From Cellvibrio sp. (GTDB lineage Bacteria; Pseudomonadota; Gammaproteobacteria; Pseudomonadales; Cellvibrionaceae): a stretch of DNA of 64,000 nucleotides. Location: positions 3,036 to 67,035 of the forward strand of contig JBNLGJ010000066.1 in assembly GCA_050305995.1 (NCBI GenBank), read 5' to 3'. Of the stretch, positions 27,200-36,273 are shown piece by piece. The translations under genes and the position numbers were made by a program. The first letter of the stretch is position 1; each line of letters starts with the position of its first letter. The notes beneath the pieces are model-generated. The model searched no databases, was not told the DNA's origin, and saw only the letters and a program-made list of their open reading frames with translations.

Positions 27200-27349
27200 C
27201 GTCTATTTTTTGCGAGGCTCATAGCATGTGCAATACATGTAATTGATGAAAAAGCTATCAGCAACTGAGCTGCGTTTAATGGCTGGCAAATCGAGTATTC
27301 GAGCCAAACTGGCTTCTTGACTTGGTATCCATTTGGATATGAGAAACTT

Positions 27350-27643
27350 ATGCATGAGTTATTTGCTTTGTCACTATCGCCACTACTTGTATTTGCATGG
27401 CAGCCACTGCGTATTTTATGCGTGCTAATTCTTATGCTCTTGCCCTGTTTGTTTAATTGGCATAAAAAATCTGCGAAATTGATTATGGCGATAAGTGCAT
27501 TGCCTTGGATGTTATTTTTGTATACAGAGGCTAGCATCCCTGTGTCATCCAATATTCGTGTAGATTTAGCTATTTTGGGGCCCATTTATTTGCTTAGTGC
27601 CATAATATGGGTTGTCATATTTGTTGCGGGAAAGTTTCGATGA
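27350..27643 (+). CDS. Small membrane protein with NIRVDL motif (start 27317 or 27350)
   Basis: Three or four hydrophobic segments, SNIRVDLAIL; ATGA overlap with the next gene. Confidence 0.6.
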   Translation: MHELFALSLSPLLVFAWQPLRILCVLILMLLPCLFNWHKKSAKLIMAISALPWMLFLYTEASIPVSSNIRVDLAILGPIYLLSAIIWVVIFVAGKFR

Positions 27644-28452
27644 AAACTGTTTTTGGATTATTAGGTTTGGTTGGTGTTGTGTTTTTGATGGCTTTTGGGG
27701 GGAGTGGAAATAATGGGGTGTCTAGCTTACAGGTGATTAATGCTGCAAATGCTGCAGCACCGGAGAATAATTCAACAGCATCTCAAGGCGTCAATGTGTT
27801 GGTGTGCCATAAGGATAAAAATAAAAAGTTGCAACAAAACTACAGTGTTGATGCCTCAAGAACCTTTCCCTTGATCCAAAGTTCAGCGCTAGCCATGAAG
27901 GGGATAAGTACTGCTGTGAAAAGTCAGCCTCAAGCATCACAAACAGCTTTTGGTATCACGGTGGCGACAGTGTTGGCGACTCCGGCACTTGCCTCAACAC
28001 AGCTGATGTACGCAACCTGTTCGGTGCTTGATAAGAACAATAAAGCCGTGTGTGGATATGATACATCTTCGTCGGTTTTTGGCTTCAAGCAAGAAACAAA
28101 AGCTGAAGAAAGCATGAAATACACTCGTAAAATAACGCTTAATAATGGCGATAAAATTACAGTAAGGGGGAAAGAAGGCAATCCAAATGATGTAGAAATA
28201 GTTACAAAAGAAACTACAACGGCTTGGCATCGTGATCAGAGTGGACAAGAAATGATGGATATTTACTCATCAAACAGCCTACATGTCGTGGCTGTAGAAA
28301 ATCCAGACTGCTCAGGAACGCTAACGGCAGAGTGGATTGATGGAACAAAAGTAAACGCCAAGTGGCAGTATATAGGCGAAAATAAAACATCAGGAACCTT
28401 TGTGTCAGCGTCGCCAAAGCAAGCAGCACTGAATTTTACGCTGAGTTGGTAG
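27640..28452 (+). CDS. Hypothetical exported protein
   Basis: 270-aa AT-rich ORF, hydrophobic N-terminus MKTVFGLLGLVGVVFLMAFGGSG, coupled to the upstream stop. Confidence 0.65.
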   Translation: MKTVFGLLGLVGVVFLMAFGGSGNNGVSSLQVINAANAAAPENNSTASQGVNVLVCHKDKNKKLQQNYSVDASRTFPLIQSSALAMKGISTAVKSQPQASQTAFGITVATVLATPALASTQLMYATCSVLDKNNKAVCGYDTSSSVFGFKQETKAEESMKYTRKITLNNGDKITVRGKEGNPNDVEIVTKETTTAWHRDQSGQEMMDIYSSNSLHVVAVENPDCSGTLTAEWIDGTKVNAKWQYIGENKTSGTFVSASPKQAALNFTLSW

Positions 28453-28459
28453 CATCGTT

Positions 28460-28954
28460 ATGTCATTACATTACACGGTGACGCTCAACTTAAGGCTTAA
28501 GCACGATTTGACCGTCATTGAAATTAGCGCATTAGACTACATCCTTAATGGAAATGGCGGGCCGCCTACTGCACTGCCGAAGCACGAATTTTTCAAAAAT
28601 GGCATTCCTAAATATCTACATTGGCAATCTTACATGCGTTTCCCAACTGGAAGCTGGCGCTCTGAATTTTGGCGGGGGGTAAATGCTCCAGGCAGCTCTG
28701 ATGCAGATGAAGTCAATTACGGCGTAAATTTATTGTTGCCTGGCCAAAAACTGGAAGGGGCTTTGAGTGAGCTCCCCTTTTTTTGCTGGCTTGCAACCAT
28801 CAGTAGCTCGGTAGGCTATGTTGGCGCGGCTACTTGCGAAGATGATTCTATTGGAATGCCAATATTTATTTTATTCATCCACGACCAAGCATTAAAAATA
28901 AGTAGCCTGTCTAACGATATTATTATGGAATCTGCTGAAGGAATATCGGGTTAA
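28460..28954 (+). CDS. Hypothetical protein
   Basis: 164-aa ORF starting 7 nt after the previous stop; no family recognised. Confidence 0.6.
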   Translation: MSLHYTVTLNLRLKHDLTVIEISALDYILNGNGGPPTALPKHEFFKNGIPKYLHWQSYMRFPTGSWRSEFWRGVNAPGSSDADEVNYGVNLLLPGQKLEGALSELPFFCWLATISSSVGYVGAATCEDDSIGMPIFILFIHDQALKISSLSNDIIMESAEGISG

Positions 28955-28979
28955 GTTACTGGCTTAACATAAAATATTT

Positions 28980-29897
28980 TTAAATTCGGCTTAAGCTTTT
29001 AATCGCTAGCGCTGCTGCCGATGTCCTGTTCTCCACCCCAAGCTTTTTAAATATCTGCTCCAGGTGTTTATTCACTGTACGCGGGCTCATCTCCAGAATC
29101 TGGCCGATTTCGCGGTTGGTTTTGCCCTTGGCAATCCACAGCAGCACATCGGCTTCGCGCTGGGTTAGCGGAAAATCCTGGCGCAGCGAATCGGCGGCAG
29201 CCTCGGCTTGCTGTATGGGTTTTAGGCGTAAGAGATATTCGCGCTGATCAATTAAATTCAATAATTCCAGCTGTAAACCCTGTGCCTGGGCATCCAGATT
29301 CAGCTGGTGTCCGGTTTCCGGCTTGTGTGCCAGCCAGTGCGCAATTTGCGCCTGCAATGCAGTTGGCAGTTGCTGTTCGCTGTCAAGCGCACCTTTCAGG
29401 TTAAGGTGCTGGTAGACCTGCGGCGTTGCCCAGCGCAAACGCCCGGTGGCATCCAGGGTGAGTAAAAACTGGCCGGCGGAGTCCAGGGCCGCGCGCGCCT
29501 GTTGGTTAATTCGCGCATTGGTCAGGTGTACACGCATGCGTGCAATTAACTCTTCGGCGCGAATCGGTTTGGTTACATAATCCACGCCACCGGCATTTAA
29601 TCCCATTAACACATGCTCGGTATCGCTGAGGCCGGTCATAAAAATAATCGGCGTGTCAGCCAGTTGGGGTTTGCGTTTTAAATGGCGGCAGGTATCAAAG
29701 CCATTCATATTGGGCATAAGGGCATCGAGCAAAATAATATCCGGGCGAATATTTTCACTGATGGTCAGCGCCTGGGTGCCCTCCAGCGCTACCAGCACGG
29801 TAAAGTCTTCCTCTTCCAGCAGGTCGTTAAGCATGTGAATACTGTCGAGTGAATCGTCCACCACCATAACTATGGGCTTGCTGCTTTTGGATTTCAC
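28980..29897 (-). CDS. Response regulator (REC + LuxR-type HTH)
   Basis: VMVVDD, ILLDALMP, IIFMTG, DYVTKP; C-terminal LTQREADVLLWIAKGKTNREIGQILEMSPRTVNKHLEQIFKKLGV. Confidence 0.92.
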   Translation of the reverse strand: MKSKSSKPIVMVVDDSLDSIHMLNDLLEEEDFTVLVALEGTQALTISENIRPDIILLDALMPNMNGFDTCRHLKRKPQLADTPIIFMTGLSDTEHVLMGLNAGGVDYVTKPIRAEELIARMRVHLTNARINQQARAALDSAGQFLLTLDATGRLRWATPQVYQHLNLKGALDSEQQLPTALQAQIAHWLAHKPETGHQLNLDAQAQGLQLELLNLIDQREYLLRLKPIQQAEAAADSLRQDFPLTQREADVLLWIAKGKTNREIGQILEMSPRTVNKHLEQIFKKLGVENRTSAAALAIKSLSRI

Positions 29898-29902
29898 TCT
29901 AT

Positions 29903-32900
29903 TTACTCCAGTTGGTCCGAAGATTCGAAATGGTTAACGCCTTCGAGTAGATTAATTATTTTTTCAAATTGATATTGCTTGGTCAGTTGCTGGATTTGTG
30001 TGAGCAGTTGGCCGTTGTTTTGCGGCGGCAGTTTTTGTAAAAAATCCAGTAAACCTTTGCGGTGACCAATGCGCGCTAATTGCAACAGGGTTTCTTTTAT
30101 CTCCGGCGATACAGCATTGGCTGTTGATACGTCCGCGTCCTCTGCGGGTGACAGCGGCGATTGAGGTTCGTCCTGCTGATAATTCCACGCCAGCCCCAAT
30201 TGTTGCTGCAGATGTTCCAGCAGCAGCGGCAGTCGCAATGGCTTAATGATGTAAGCCTGGTGCAGGGGTGGGGCGTCGGGCGAATTGCCATATTGCTCGC
30301 GGCCTTCACTGGCATCGGCGGATACCATAATTACCGGCAGCTTAAATTGCTGCGCGCGCAGCGCTTGGAGTAGCTCCCAACCGCTCTGGCCAGGCATGTT
30401 GACATCCAGCATCAGCAGCGAGGGTAAATTATTAGCGGCTCGCGCTGTCTCCAGCAGCGGCAGCAGCTCCTGGGCATTGGCCAGGTCGAGAATGTCAAAG
30501 CCGAGTGGCTCCAGCAGCGCGCGCATTAACTGGCGGTGGGAGTCTTCATCATCGACTAGCCATAAAGTTTTACGCGCACCTTGGTAGCCGTAAATTTGCT
30601 GGCTGTGCTGAACTATAGGGTCGCGCCTGGGGTGATCGATACGCGCCAGCATTAAGCTGGCTTTAAAACAGCTACCCTGGCCGGGGTTGCTGGTAACGGC
30701 AATATCGCCGCCCATAATTTCACTGAGCAAGCGGGTGATAGTGAGGCCAAGGCCGGTGCCGGCAATGGTGGAGCCGGGTTTGCGCACCCGCTCAAAGGGG
30801 CGGAAGATGCGCTCGAGGTTTTCGCCGCTGATACCCTCGCCAGTATCGGTCACCGAAAATTCTGCCACTTGACTGCGGTAGCGCACTTTAAAGCATACGC
30901 TGCCGCGCTCGGTGTATTTGATGGCATTGGAGAGCAGGTTAATTAAAATTTGGCGCAGGCGCTTTTCATCGGTTTTAACCAGCTCTGGCAAGCGGTCGTC
31001 GCACTGGTAAATAAAGCTCAGGCCTTTGGCCTCGGCTTGCAGGCGGAACATCTGCACCAATTGTTCTAGCAATAGCGCTATAGCTACCTGGTCCTGGTGT
31101 AAGTCCAAACGTCCCGCTTCAATTTTAGAAATATCCAGCAGGCCTTCAATTAAATCGGCCAGGTGCTCGCCGCTGCGGCGAATCACCGCCAGGGCATCGC
31201 GCCTGTGCTCGGGCATGCGCGGATCTTTTTCCAATAGTTGCGCATAGCCGAGTATGGCGTTAAGTGGTGAGCGCAACTCGTGGCTGATGCCGGTGAGGTA
31301 GCGGCTTTTGGCCAGGTTGGCCGCTTCGGCTTTTTCTTTGGCCAATTGCAGCTCGCGGTCGGTGCGCTCGTGGGCTTCAATTTCCTCCATTAACAGGCGC
31401 GTCTGCCGCTGCGACTCCTCCTGGGCAAAATGTCGGCTCTCCTGCGCCAACACAAACAGCCAGCTCACCACGCCGGTGATAATAACCAGCAGAAAAAACA
31501 CCTTCCACAGGGTGGCTTCCAATAAGGCGGCGGTTTCCAGCGTTGCAAAGGGGGTTTGAAAATAAATGAGCGAGAGCAAAATAGCGGAGAGACCGTTAAT
31601 CACCACAATCAAAATAAAAAACTGGCCCAGGCGTGGGTTGATGCGCGCAATTAAGGATTGGGGTAAAAAATGCTTAAAAAAATCGCGCATTTGCGAACTG
31701 TAGTCCGCCCCGGGTTTGCAGTAATCCTGGCAGCGGGCGTCTAGCGAGCAGCAGAGTGAGCAGATATGTCCGGCATAGGCCGGACAGTAAGTCATATCCT
31801 CGGCTTCAAACCTGTGCTCGCAAATACAACAGGTATTGAGTGCATCAACAGTTTCATGTGCGGCATGCAGCGGTGGGCGGGCTAAGTAGTAACGTCCTTG
31901 GGTGCGCCAGGCGATGAGTGGTGCCAGCAAGAGGGCAGTGGCCAGTGCAATAAAGTGGGAGAGGGCGCGCGCCACCTCGCCCAATAGGCCTGTGTGACAG
32001 AGGATGCCCAGCAGTGAGGCGCCGAGCATAGCGCCAAAGCCGACTGGGTTTATATCGTAGAGGTGCGCGCGTTTAAATTCTATGTGCGGCGGGCTCAGGC
32101 CCAGGGGTTTATTAATAATTAAATCGGCCACCAATGCACCCAGCCAGGCCACCGCGACTATGCCGTAATAGCCCAGGGTTTGTTCCAGGGCGCGGTAGAC
32201 CCCCAGCTCCATTAACAGTAGCGCAATGGCGACGTTAAATACCAACCAGACGACGCGCCCTGGGTGACTGTGGGTGAGGCGCGAAAAAAAATTGGACCAG
32301 GCGATAGAGCCAGCATAGGCGTTAGTGACATTAATTTTGAGCTGGCTGAGGATGACAAATATCCCCGCCATGGACAGCGCCGCCTGAGGTGAATTGGCAA
32401 TATAGCTAAAGGCAACCATATACATGCGCGTTGGGTCTGCAGCGAAATGTGCATCTATGCCGTGGCCAATTGCGAGCACGGCGAGGAAAGAACCGGCGAG
32501 GATTTTAATTGCACCTATCACAATCCAGCCGGGGCCACCGGCGATAAGCGCCGCCCACCAGTGGAGTTTTTTACCGGGTTTGGCCGGGGGCAAAAAGCGC
32601 AAAAAATCTACCTGCTCGCCAATTTGCGCAATCAGCGAAAATACCACCGCCGAGGCGGCGCCAAATAGCAGCAGGCTTGCGCTGTTATCGCCAGGGTTTG
32701 CCGGAGCTAATTGCGCGCTGCCTTGATACTGGGTCCAGCTTTCCACCGCGCTGGCATCGGCGTAAAGGATAAACACGAAGGGCGCCAGCTGCAGCAGTAC
32801 CCACAGCGGCTGGCTCCACAATTGAAAGCGGCTGATAAAGGTGATGCCGTGGGTTACCAGCGGAATTATCACGATGGAACTCAGTAAATAGCCCCAGGCA

Positions 32901-33346
32901 AGGGGCAACTGCCAGAGCAGTTCCATGGCCATGGCCAGTATGGCCGCCTCCAGCGCGAAAAAAATAAAGGTGAAGGAGGCGTAAATCAGCGAGGTAATGG
33001 TGGAGCCTATATAGCCAAAACCTGCGCCGCGGGTGAGCAAATCAATGTCTACACCATACTTGGCGGCGTAGTAACTAATGGGGATAGCCGAGAAAAAAAT
33101 AATCAAACTAACGGCGGCGATGGCCAGGGTTGCGTTATTAAAACCATAGTGCAGGGTAATGGCCCCACCAATGGCCTCCAGCGCTAAAAACGAAATAGCC
33201 CCCAGCGCCGTAGTGGCCACCCGCCCATAGGACCAGCGGCGCGCACTTTTGGCGGTAAAGCGCAGTGCGTAATCCTCCAGGGTTTGGTTGGCCACCCACT
33301 GGTTGTAATTGCGGCGCACGCGAAAAATATGTTGTTTGGCAGTCAT
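29903..33346 (-). CDS. Hybrid sensor histidine kinase with N-terminal permease-like (NCS1-type) multi-TM domain
   Basis: Start MTAKQHIFRVRRNYNQWVANQTLEDYALRF; 12 or more TM segments; Cys-rich linker; H-box SHELRSPLNAILG, N-box NLLSNAIKYT, DTGEGI, GTGLGL; REC LMLDVNMPG. Confidence 0.9.
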   Translation of the reverse strand: MTAKQHIFRVRRNYNQWVANQTLEDYALRFTAKSARRWSYGRVATTALGAISFLALEAIGGAITLHYGFNNATLAIAAVSLIIFFSAIPISYYAAKYGVDIDLLTRGAGFGYIGSTITSLIYASFTFIFFALEAAILAMAMELLWQLPLAWGYLLSSIVIIPLVTHGITFISRFQLWSQPLWVLLQLAPFVFILYADASAVESWTQYQGSAQLAPANPGDNSASLLLFGAASAVVFSLIAQIGEQVDFLRFLPPAKPGKKLHWWAALIAGGPGWIVIGAIKILAGSFLAVLAIGHGIDAHFAADPTRMYMVAFSYIANSPQAALSMAGIFVILSQLKINVTNAYAGSIAWSNFFSRLTHSHPGRVVWLVFNVAIALLLMELGVYRALEQTLGYYGIVAVAWLGALVADLIINKPLGLSPPHIEFKRAHLYDINPVGFGAMLGASLLGILCHTGLLGEVARALSHFIALATALLLAPLIAWRTQGRYYLARPPLHAAHETVDALNTCCICEHRFEAEDMTYCPAYAGHICSLCCSLDARCQDYCKPGADYSSQMRDFFKHFLPQSLIARINPRLGQFFILIVVINGLSAILLSLIYFQTPFATLETAALLEATLWKVFFLLVIITGVVSWLFVLAQESRHFAQEESQRQTRLLMEEIEAHERTDRELQLAKEKAEAANLAKSRYLTGISHELRSPLNAILGYAQLLEKDPRMPEHRRDALAVIRRSGEHLADLIEGLLDISKIEAGRLDLHQDQVAIALLLEQLVQMFRLQAEAKGLSFIYQCDDRLPELVKTDEKRLRQILINLLSNAIKYTERGSVCFKVRYRSQVAEFSVTDTGEGISGENLERIFRPFERVRKPGSTIAGTGLGLTITRLLSEIMGGDIAVTSNPGQGSCFKASLMLARIDHPRRDPIVQHSQQIYGYQGARKTLWLVDDEDSHRQLMRALLEPLGFDILDLANAQELLPLLETARAANNLPSLLMLDVNMPGQSGWELLQALRAQQFKLPVIMVSADASEGREQYGNSPDAPPLHQAYIIKPLRLPLLLEHLQQQLGLAWNYQQDEPQSPLSPAEDADVSTANAVSPEIKETLLQLARIGHRKGLLDFLQKLPPQNNGQLLTQIQQLTKQYQFEKIINLLEGVNHFESSDQLE

Positions 33347-33860
33347 AGCAGTGATCGCAATTGTCAGGCGCTGGATACATTTCGCGCGGCTAATCCCCGG
33401 ATATCCGAGATTTTTGTTTGGCCTCTTGCCTTGTAATTGTGCGTATGTTTGCGGTGACGATTGGCTTTGGTGCAACGCCAATTAGGTGGGATTGCGCCTC
33501 AGGCGCCTGTTGTGCGGTAAAAACTCCTTGCTGGTTTCCCCTGCTCTTTCTCCACTCAAAAGCTGTACCAAGTTTGGCTATTGGTGCGCACCCGCTTTTT
33601 CCCCCACGTTCGCCGCTTTTTTAAGCGCCTCTCTATTCAAAAAGAAAATACCCGGCCTTAAGCCGGCTGCCTATGGGGTAAATGACGTAGGTCACTGGGG
33701 TATTTATCGAATGGTTGTAAACCCTCGTCCCCACTAGATTGGGCAGCGTGGAAGAGGCGAGGGCTAAAGCCGCAAAGGCAGCACCGAGGTTTTTCCAGGA
33801 TTCACCACCAGCACTTTACGGGTAACCACTTTTTGGCTGGCAACTTTTTTTAGCAGAGCC

Positions 33861-33907
33861 TTTTTTGAGCAGCAATTTTTTTGAGCAGCAATTTTTTTGA
33901 ATAGCAA
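33861..33907 (+). repeat. 16-bp tandem repeat (x3) in the urtA leader
   Basis: T6-GAGCAGCAA, T7-GAGCAGCAA, T7-GAATAGCAA; a degenerate fourth copy at 33845-33860. Confidence 0.85.
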
Positions 33908-33954
33908 TTTGGGAAATTTCAACACTCGTTAATCAACGCCAATAGAACTGAGGA

Positions 33955-35181
33955 TTGACCATGAAACTAAAACCCCTGAAAACCTTTAAGGCCGGACTGT
34001 TCGCGCTAGCGACCAGCTGCGCGCTAATGACCGCCCAGGCGGCCGAGGTAAATACCACCGGCCTGGCTGTGACTGACACCACGGTTAAAGTGGGCATTCT
34101 CCACTCGGTGACCGGCACCATGGCCATCAGCGAAACCGGCTCAGTGCAGGCGGAAAAACTGGCCATCGATCAGATTAATGCCATGGGCGGTGTGCTCGGG
34201 CGCAAAATTGAATATATCCAGGAGGACGGCGCCTCCGACTGGCCGACCTTTGCCGAAAAATCCAAAAAACTTTTAGTCAACGATAAGGCTGCTGCGGTGT
34301 TCGGCTGCTGGACGTCCGCCTCGCGCAAAGCGGTGTTGCCAATTTTTGAGCAGTACAACGGCATGCTCTACTACCCCACCTTTTACGAGGGCCTGGAGCA
34401 GTCACCTAACGTGATTTACACCGGCCAGGAAGCGACCCAGCAAATTATTGCCGGTATCGACTGGGTGGTAAAAACCAAGGGTGCTAAATCCTTTTACTTG
34501 CTGGGTTCGGATTACATCTGGCCGCGCACCTCCAACAAGATCGCGCGCAAGCACATTGAAAAACTGGGTTTGAAAGTAGTGGGCGAAGAGTACTACCCCC
34601 TGGGTCACACCCAGTTCAACTCGGTGATCAACAAAATCAAACTGAAAAAGCCCGATGTGATTTACGCGATTGTGGTGGGCGGTTCCAACGTAGCCTTCTA
34701 CAAGCAGCTTAAAGCGGCGGGCATTGATATGACCAAAGAGAAGCCTCTGGTGCTGACCATTTCAGTAACCGAAGATGAGGTGCTGGGTATTGGTGGTGAA
34801 AACATGGTGGGCGCCTACGCCGCAATGAAATACTTCCAAAGCCTGCCTAACGACAACAACAAAAAATTTGTTGAAGCCTTTAAAGCCAAATACGGCAAAG
34901 ACATAGTGATCGGCGACGTGACCCAAGCGGCTTACCTTGGCCCCTGGTTGTGGAAGGCTGCGGTGGAAAAAGCCGGCTCCTTTGACATCGATAAGGTGCG
35001 CGAAGCCTCGCCTGGTATTGAACTGACCACCGCGCCGGAAGGCTATGTGAAAGTTCACCCCAATCATCACCTCTGGTCCAAAACCCGTATCGGCCACGCC
35101 CGCGCTGACGGCCAATACGATGTGGTTTACGAGACCAAAGATCTGATCGAACCCAACCCATTCCCCGAAGGTTATCAATAA
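33955..35181 (+). CDS. urtA: Urea/short-chain amide ABC transporter substrate-binding protein
   Basis: VGILHSVTGTMAISE, EDGASDWPTFAEK, FGCWTSASRKAVLP, YPTFYEGLEQS, DYIWPRTSN. Confidence 0.93.
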   Translation: MTMKLKPLKTFKAGLFALATSCALMTAQAAEVNTTGLAVTDTTVKVGILHSVTGTMAISETGSVQAEKLAIDQINAMGGVLGRKIEYIQEDGASDWPTFAEKSKKLLVNDKAAAVFGCWTSASRKAVLPIFEQYNGMLYYPTFYEGLEQSPNVIYTGQEATQQIIAGIDWVVKTKGAKSFYLLGSDYIWPRTSNKIARKHIEKLGLKVVGEEYYPLGHTQFNSVINKIKLKKPDVIYAIVVGGSNVAFYKQLKAAGIDMTKEKPLVLTISVTEDEVLGIGGENMVGAYAAMKYFQSLPNDNNKKFVEAFKAKYGKDIVIGDVTQAAYLGPWLWKAAVEKAGSFDIDKVREASPGIELTTAPEGYVKVHPNHHLWSKTRIGHARADGQYDVVYETKDLIEPNPFPEGYQ

Positions 35182-35189
35182 CCTGGAGT

Positions 35190-35211
35190 GCAGCCCGCGC
35201 GAGCGGGCTGC
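35190..35211 (+). other. Intercistronic hairpin after urtA
   Basis: GCAGCCCGC-gcga-GCGGGCTGC with no U-tract. Confidence 0.6.
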
Positions 35212-35330
35212 CATGTTTGTAGCTGTGCCATGTGTGTAGTTGTGACAAGATTGTAGCTCTGTAATGCGCTTGCGCTAACGGATTTTTAAAGATTTTTTTG
35301 TCGACAGTATTTGACTGAGAGGGCCGAGTC

Positions 35331-36257
35331 ATGTTTGCGGAATACAGTACCTCGGAATTGCTATCCATTTTTGCCATGCAGGGCGTAGCCGGATTAATTC
35401 TATTTTCGGTGTTTGTACTTATGGCCCTGGGATTGGCCATTATTTTTGGGCAGATGGGTGTGATCAATATGGCCCACGGCGAATTTATGATTCTCGGTGC
35501 CTATGTCACTTATCTCACCTCCCATGTGTTTTCTACCTATCTCCCCGATTACTTCAGTTTCTATTTTATTTTGGCGATGGTGCTCGCGTTTTTAGCCTCG
35601 GGCGCACTGGGGGCTTTTGTCGAATGGGCGATGATCCGGCATTTGTATAACCGACCGCTGGACACCCTTTTGGCAACCTGGGGTTTGAGCCTGATTTTGC
35701 AGCAGCTGTATCGCACGGTATTTGGCGCGCGTGAAGTGGGCGTAACCCTGCCCGATTGGCTGATGGGTTCCTACCAGTTGACTGACTCTATTGAATTGCC
35801 CATTAACGGTTTATTTGTGATGTGCCTGGCACTGGGTATTTCGCTCACAGTGGCGGTGTTGATGTATCGCTCGCGCTGGGGTGTGCAGGTGCGCGCGGTG
35901 GTGCAAAACCGCGCTATGGCCGGCGCTGTGGGCATTAACACCGCCAAGGTGGATCGCATTACTTTTGCCCTGGGTTGCGGTATCGCCGGTGTCGCTGGCA
36001 GCGCCTTTACCATGATTGGCTCCACTGGCCCCACCTCTGGCCAGCTGTACATAGTGGATACTTTTTTGGTGGTGGTATTTGGCGGCGCCTCGAGTTTGCT
36101 CGGCACTATTGCCTCGGCCTTTGGTATTTCCCAGGCGCAATCCACTATGGAATTTTTTATCAGCGGCTCCATGGCCAAGGTGCTTACCCTGTTGTTTGTT
36201 GTGTTTGTGCTGATGCTGCGCCCCCAGGGCTTGTTCACCCTGAAAGTGCGCCGCTAA
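35331..36257 (+). CDS. urtB: Urea ABC transporter permease
   Basis: ALGLAIIFGQMGVINMAHGEF, RPLDTLLATWG, YIVDTFLVVVFGG, RPQGLF. Confidence 0.92.
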   Translation: MFAEYSTSELLSIFAMQGVAGLILFSVFVLMALGLAIIFGQMGVINMAHGEFMILGAYVTYLTSHVFSTYLPDYFSFYFILAMVLAFLASGALGAFVEWAMIRHLYNRPLDTLLATWGLSLILQQLYRTVFGAREVGVTLPDWLMGSYQLTDSIELPINGLFVMCLALGISLTVAVLMYRSRWGVQVRAVVQNRAMAGAVGINTAKVDRITFALGCGIAGVAGSAFTMIGSTGPTSGQLYIVDTFLVVVFGGASSLLGTIASAFGISQAQSTMEFFISGSMAKVLTLLFVVFVLMLRPQGLFTLKVRR

Positions 36258-36273
36258 GAGGAGTGCCGAGATT

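Noticed and set aside
27194-27349. Complete second attC after the Imm45-like gene
   Set aside because: Only the R''-like ACCTAAC is visible; there is no palindrome or GTTRRRY partner downstream.
27196-27585. 129-aa minus-strand ORF
   Set aside because: Overlaps the plus-strand NIRVDL membrane gene, which fits array orientation and translational coupling better.
33347-33481. N-terminal extensions given by the ORF track (also ppc 3803, gatB 53045, gatA 54429, urtE 38269, rng 58214)
   Set aside because: Family similarity and RBS position support the downstream starts used here.
33700-33800. Glutamine or c-di-GMP riboswitch upstream of urtA
   Set aside because: Only isolated words (GGAAG, GCAAA) match; the conserved architecture is not recoverable.
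33845-33907. CRISPR array
   Set aside because: 16-bp adjacent repeats with no spacers and no cas genes; no CRISPR seen anywhere in the window.
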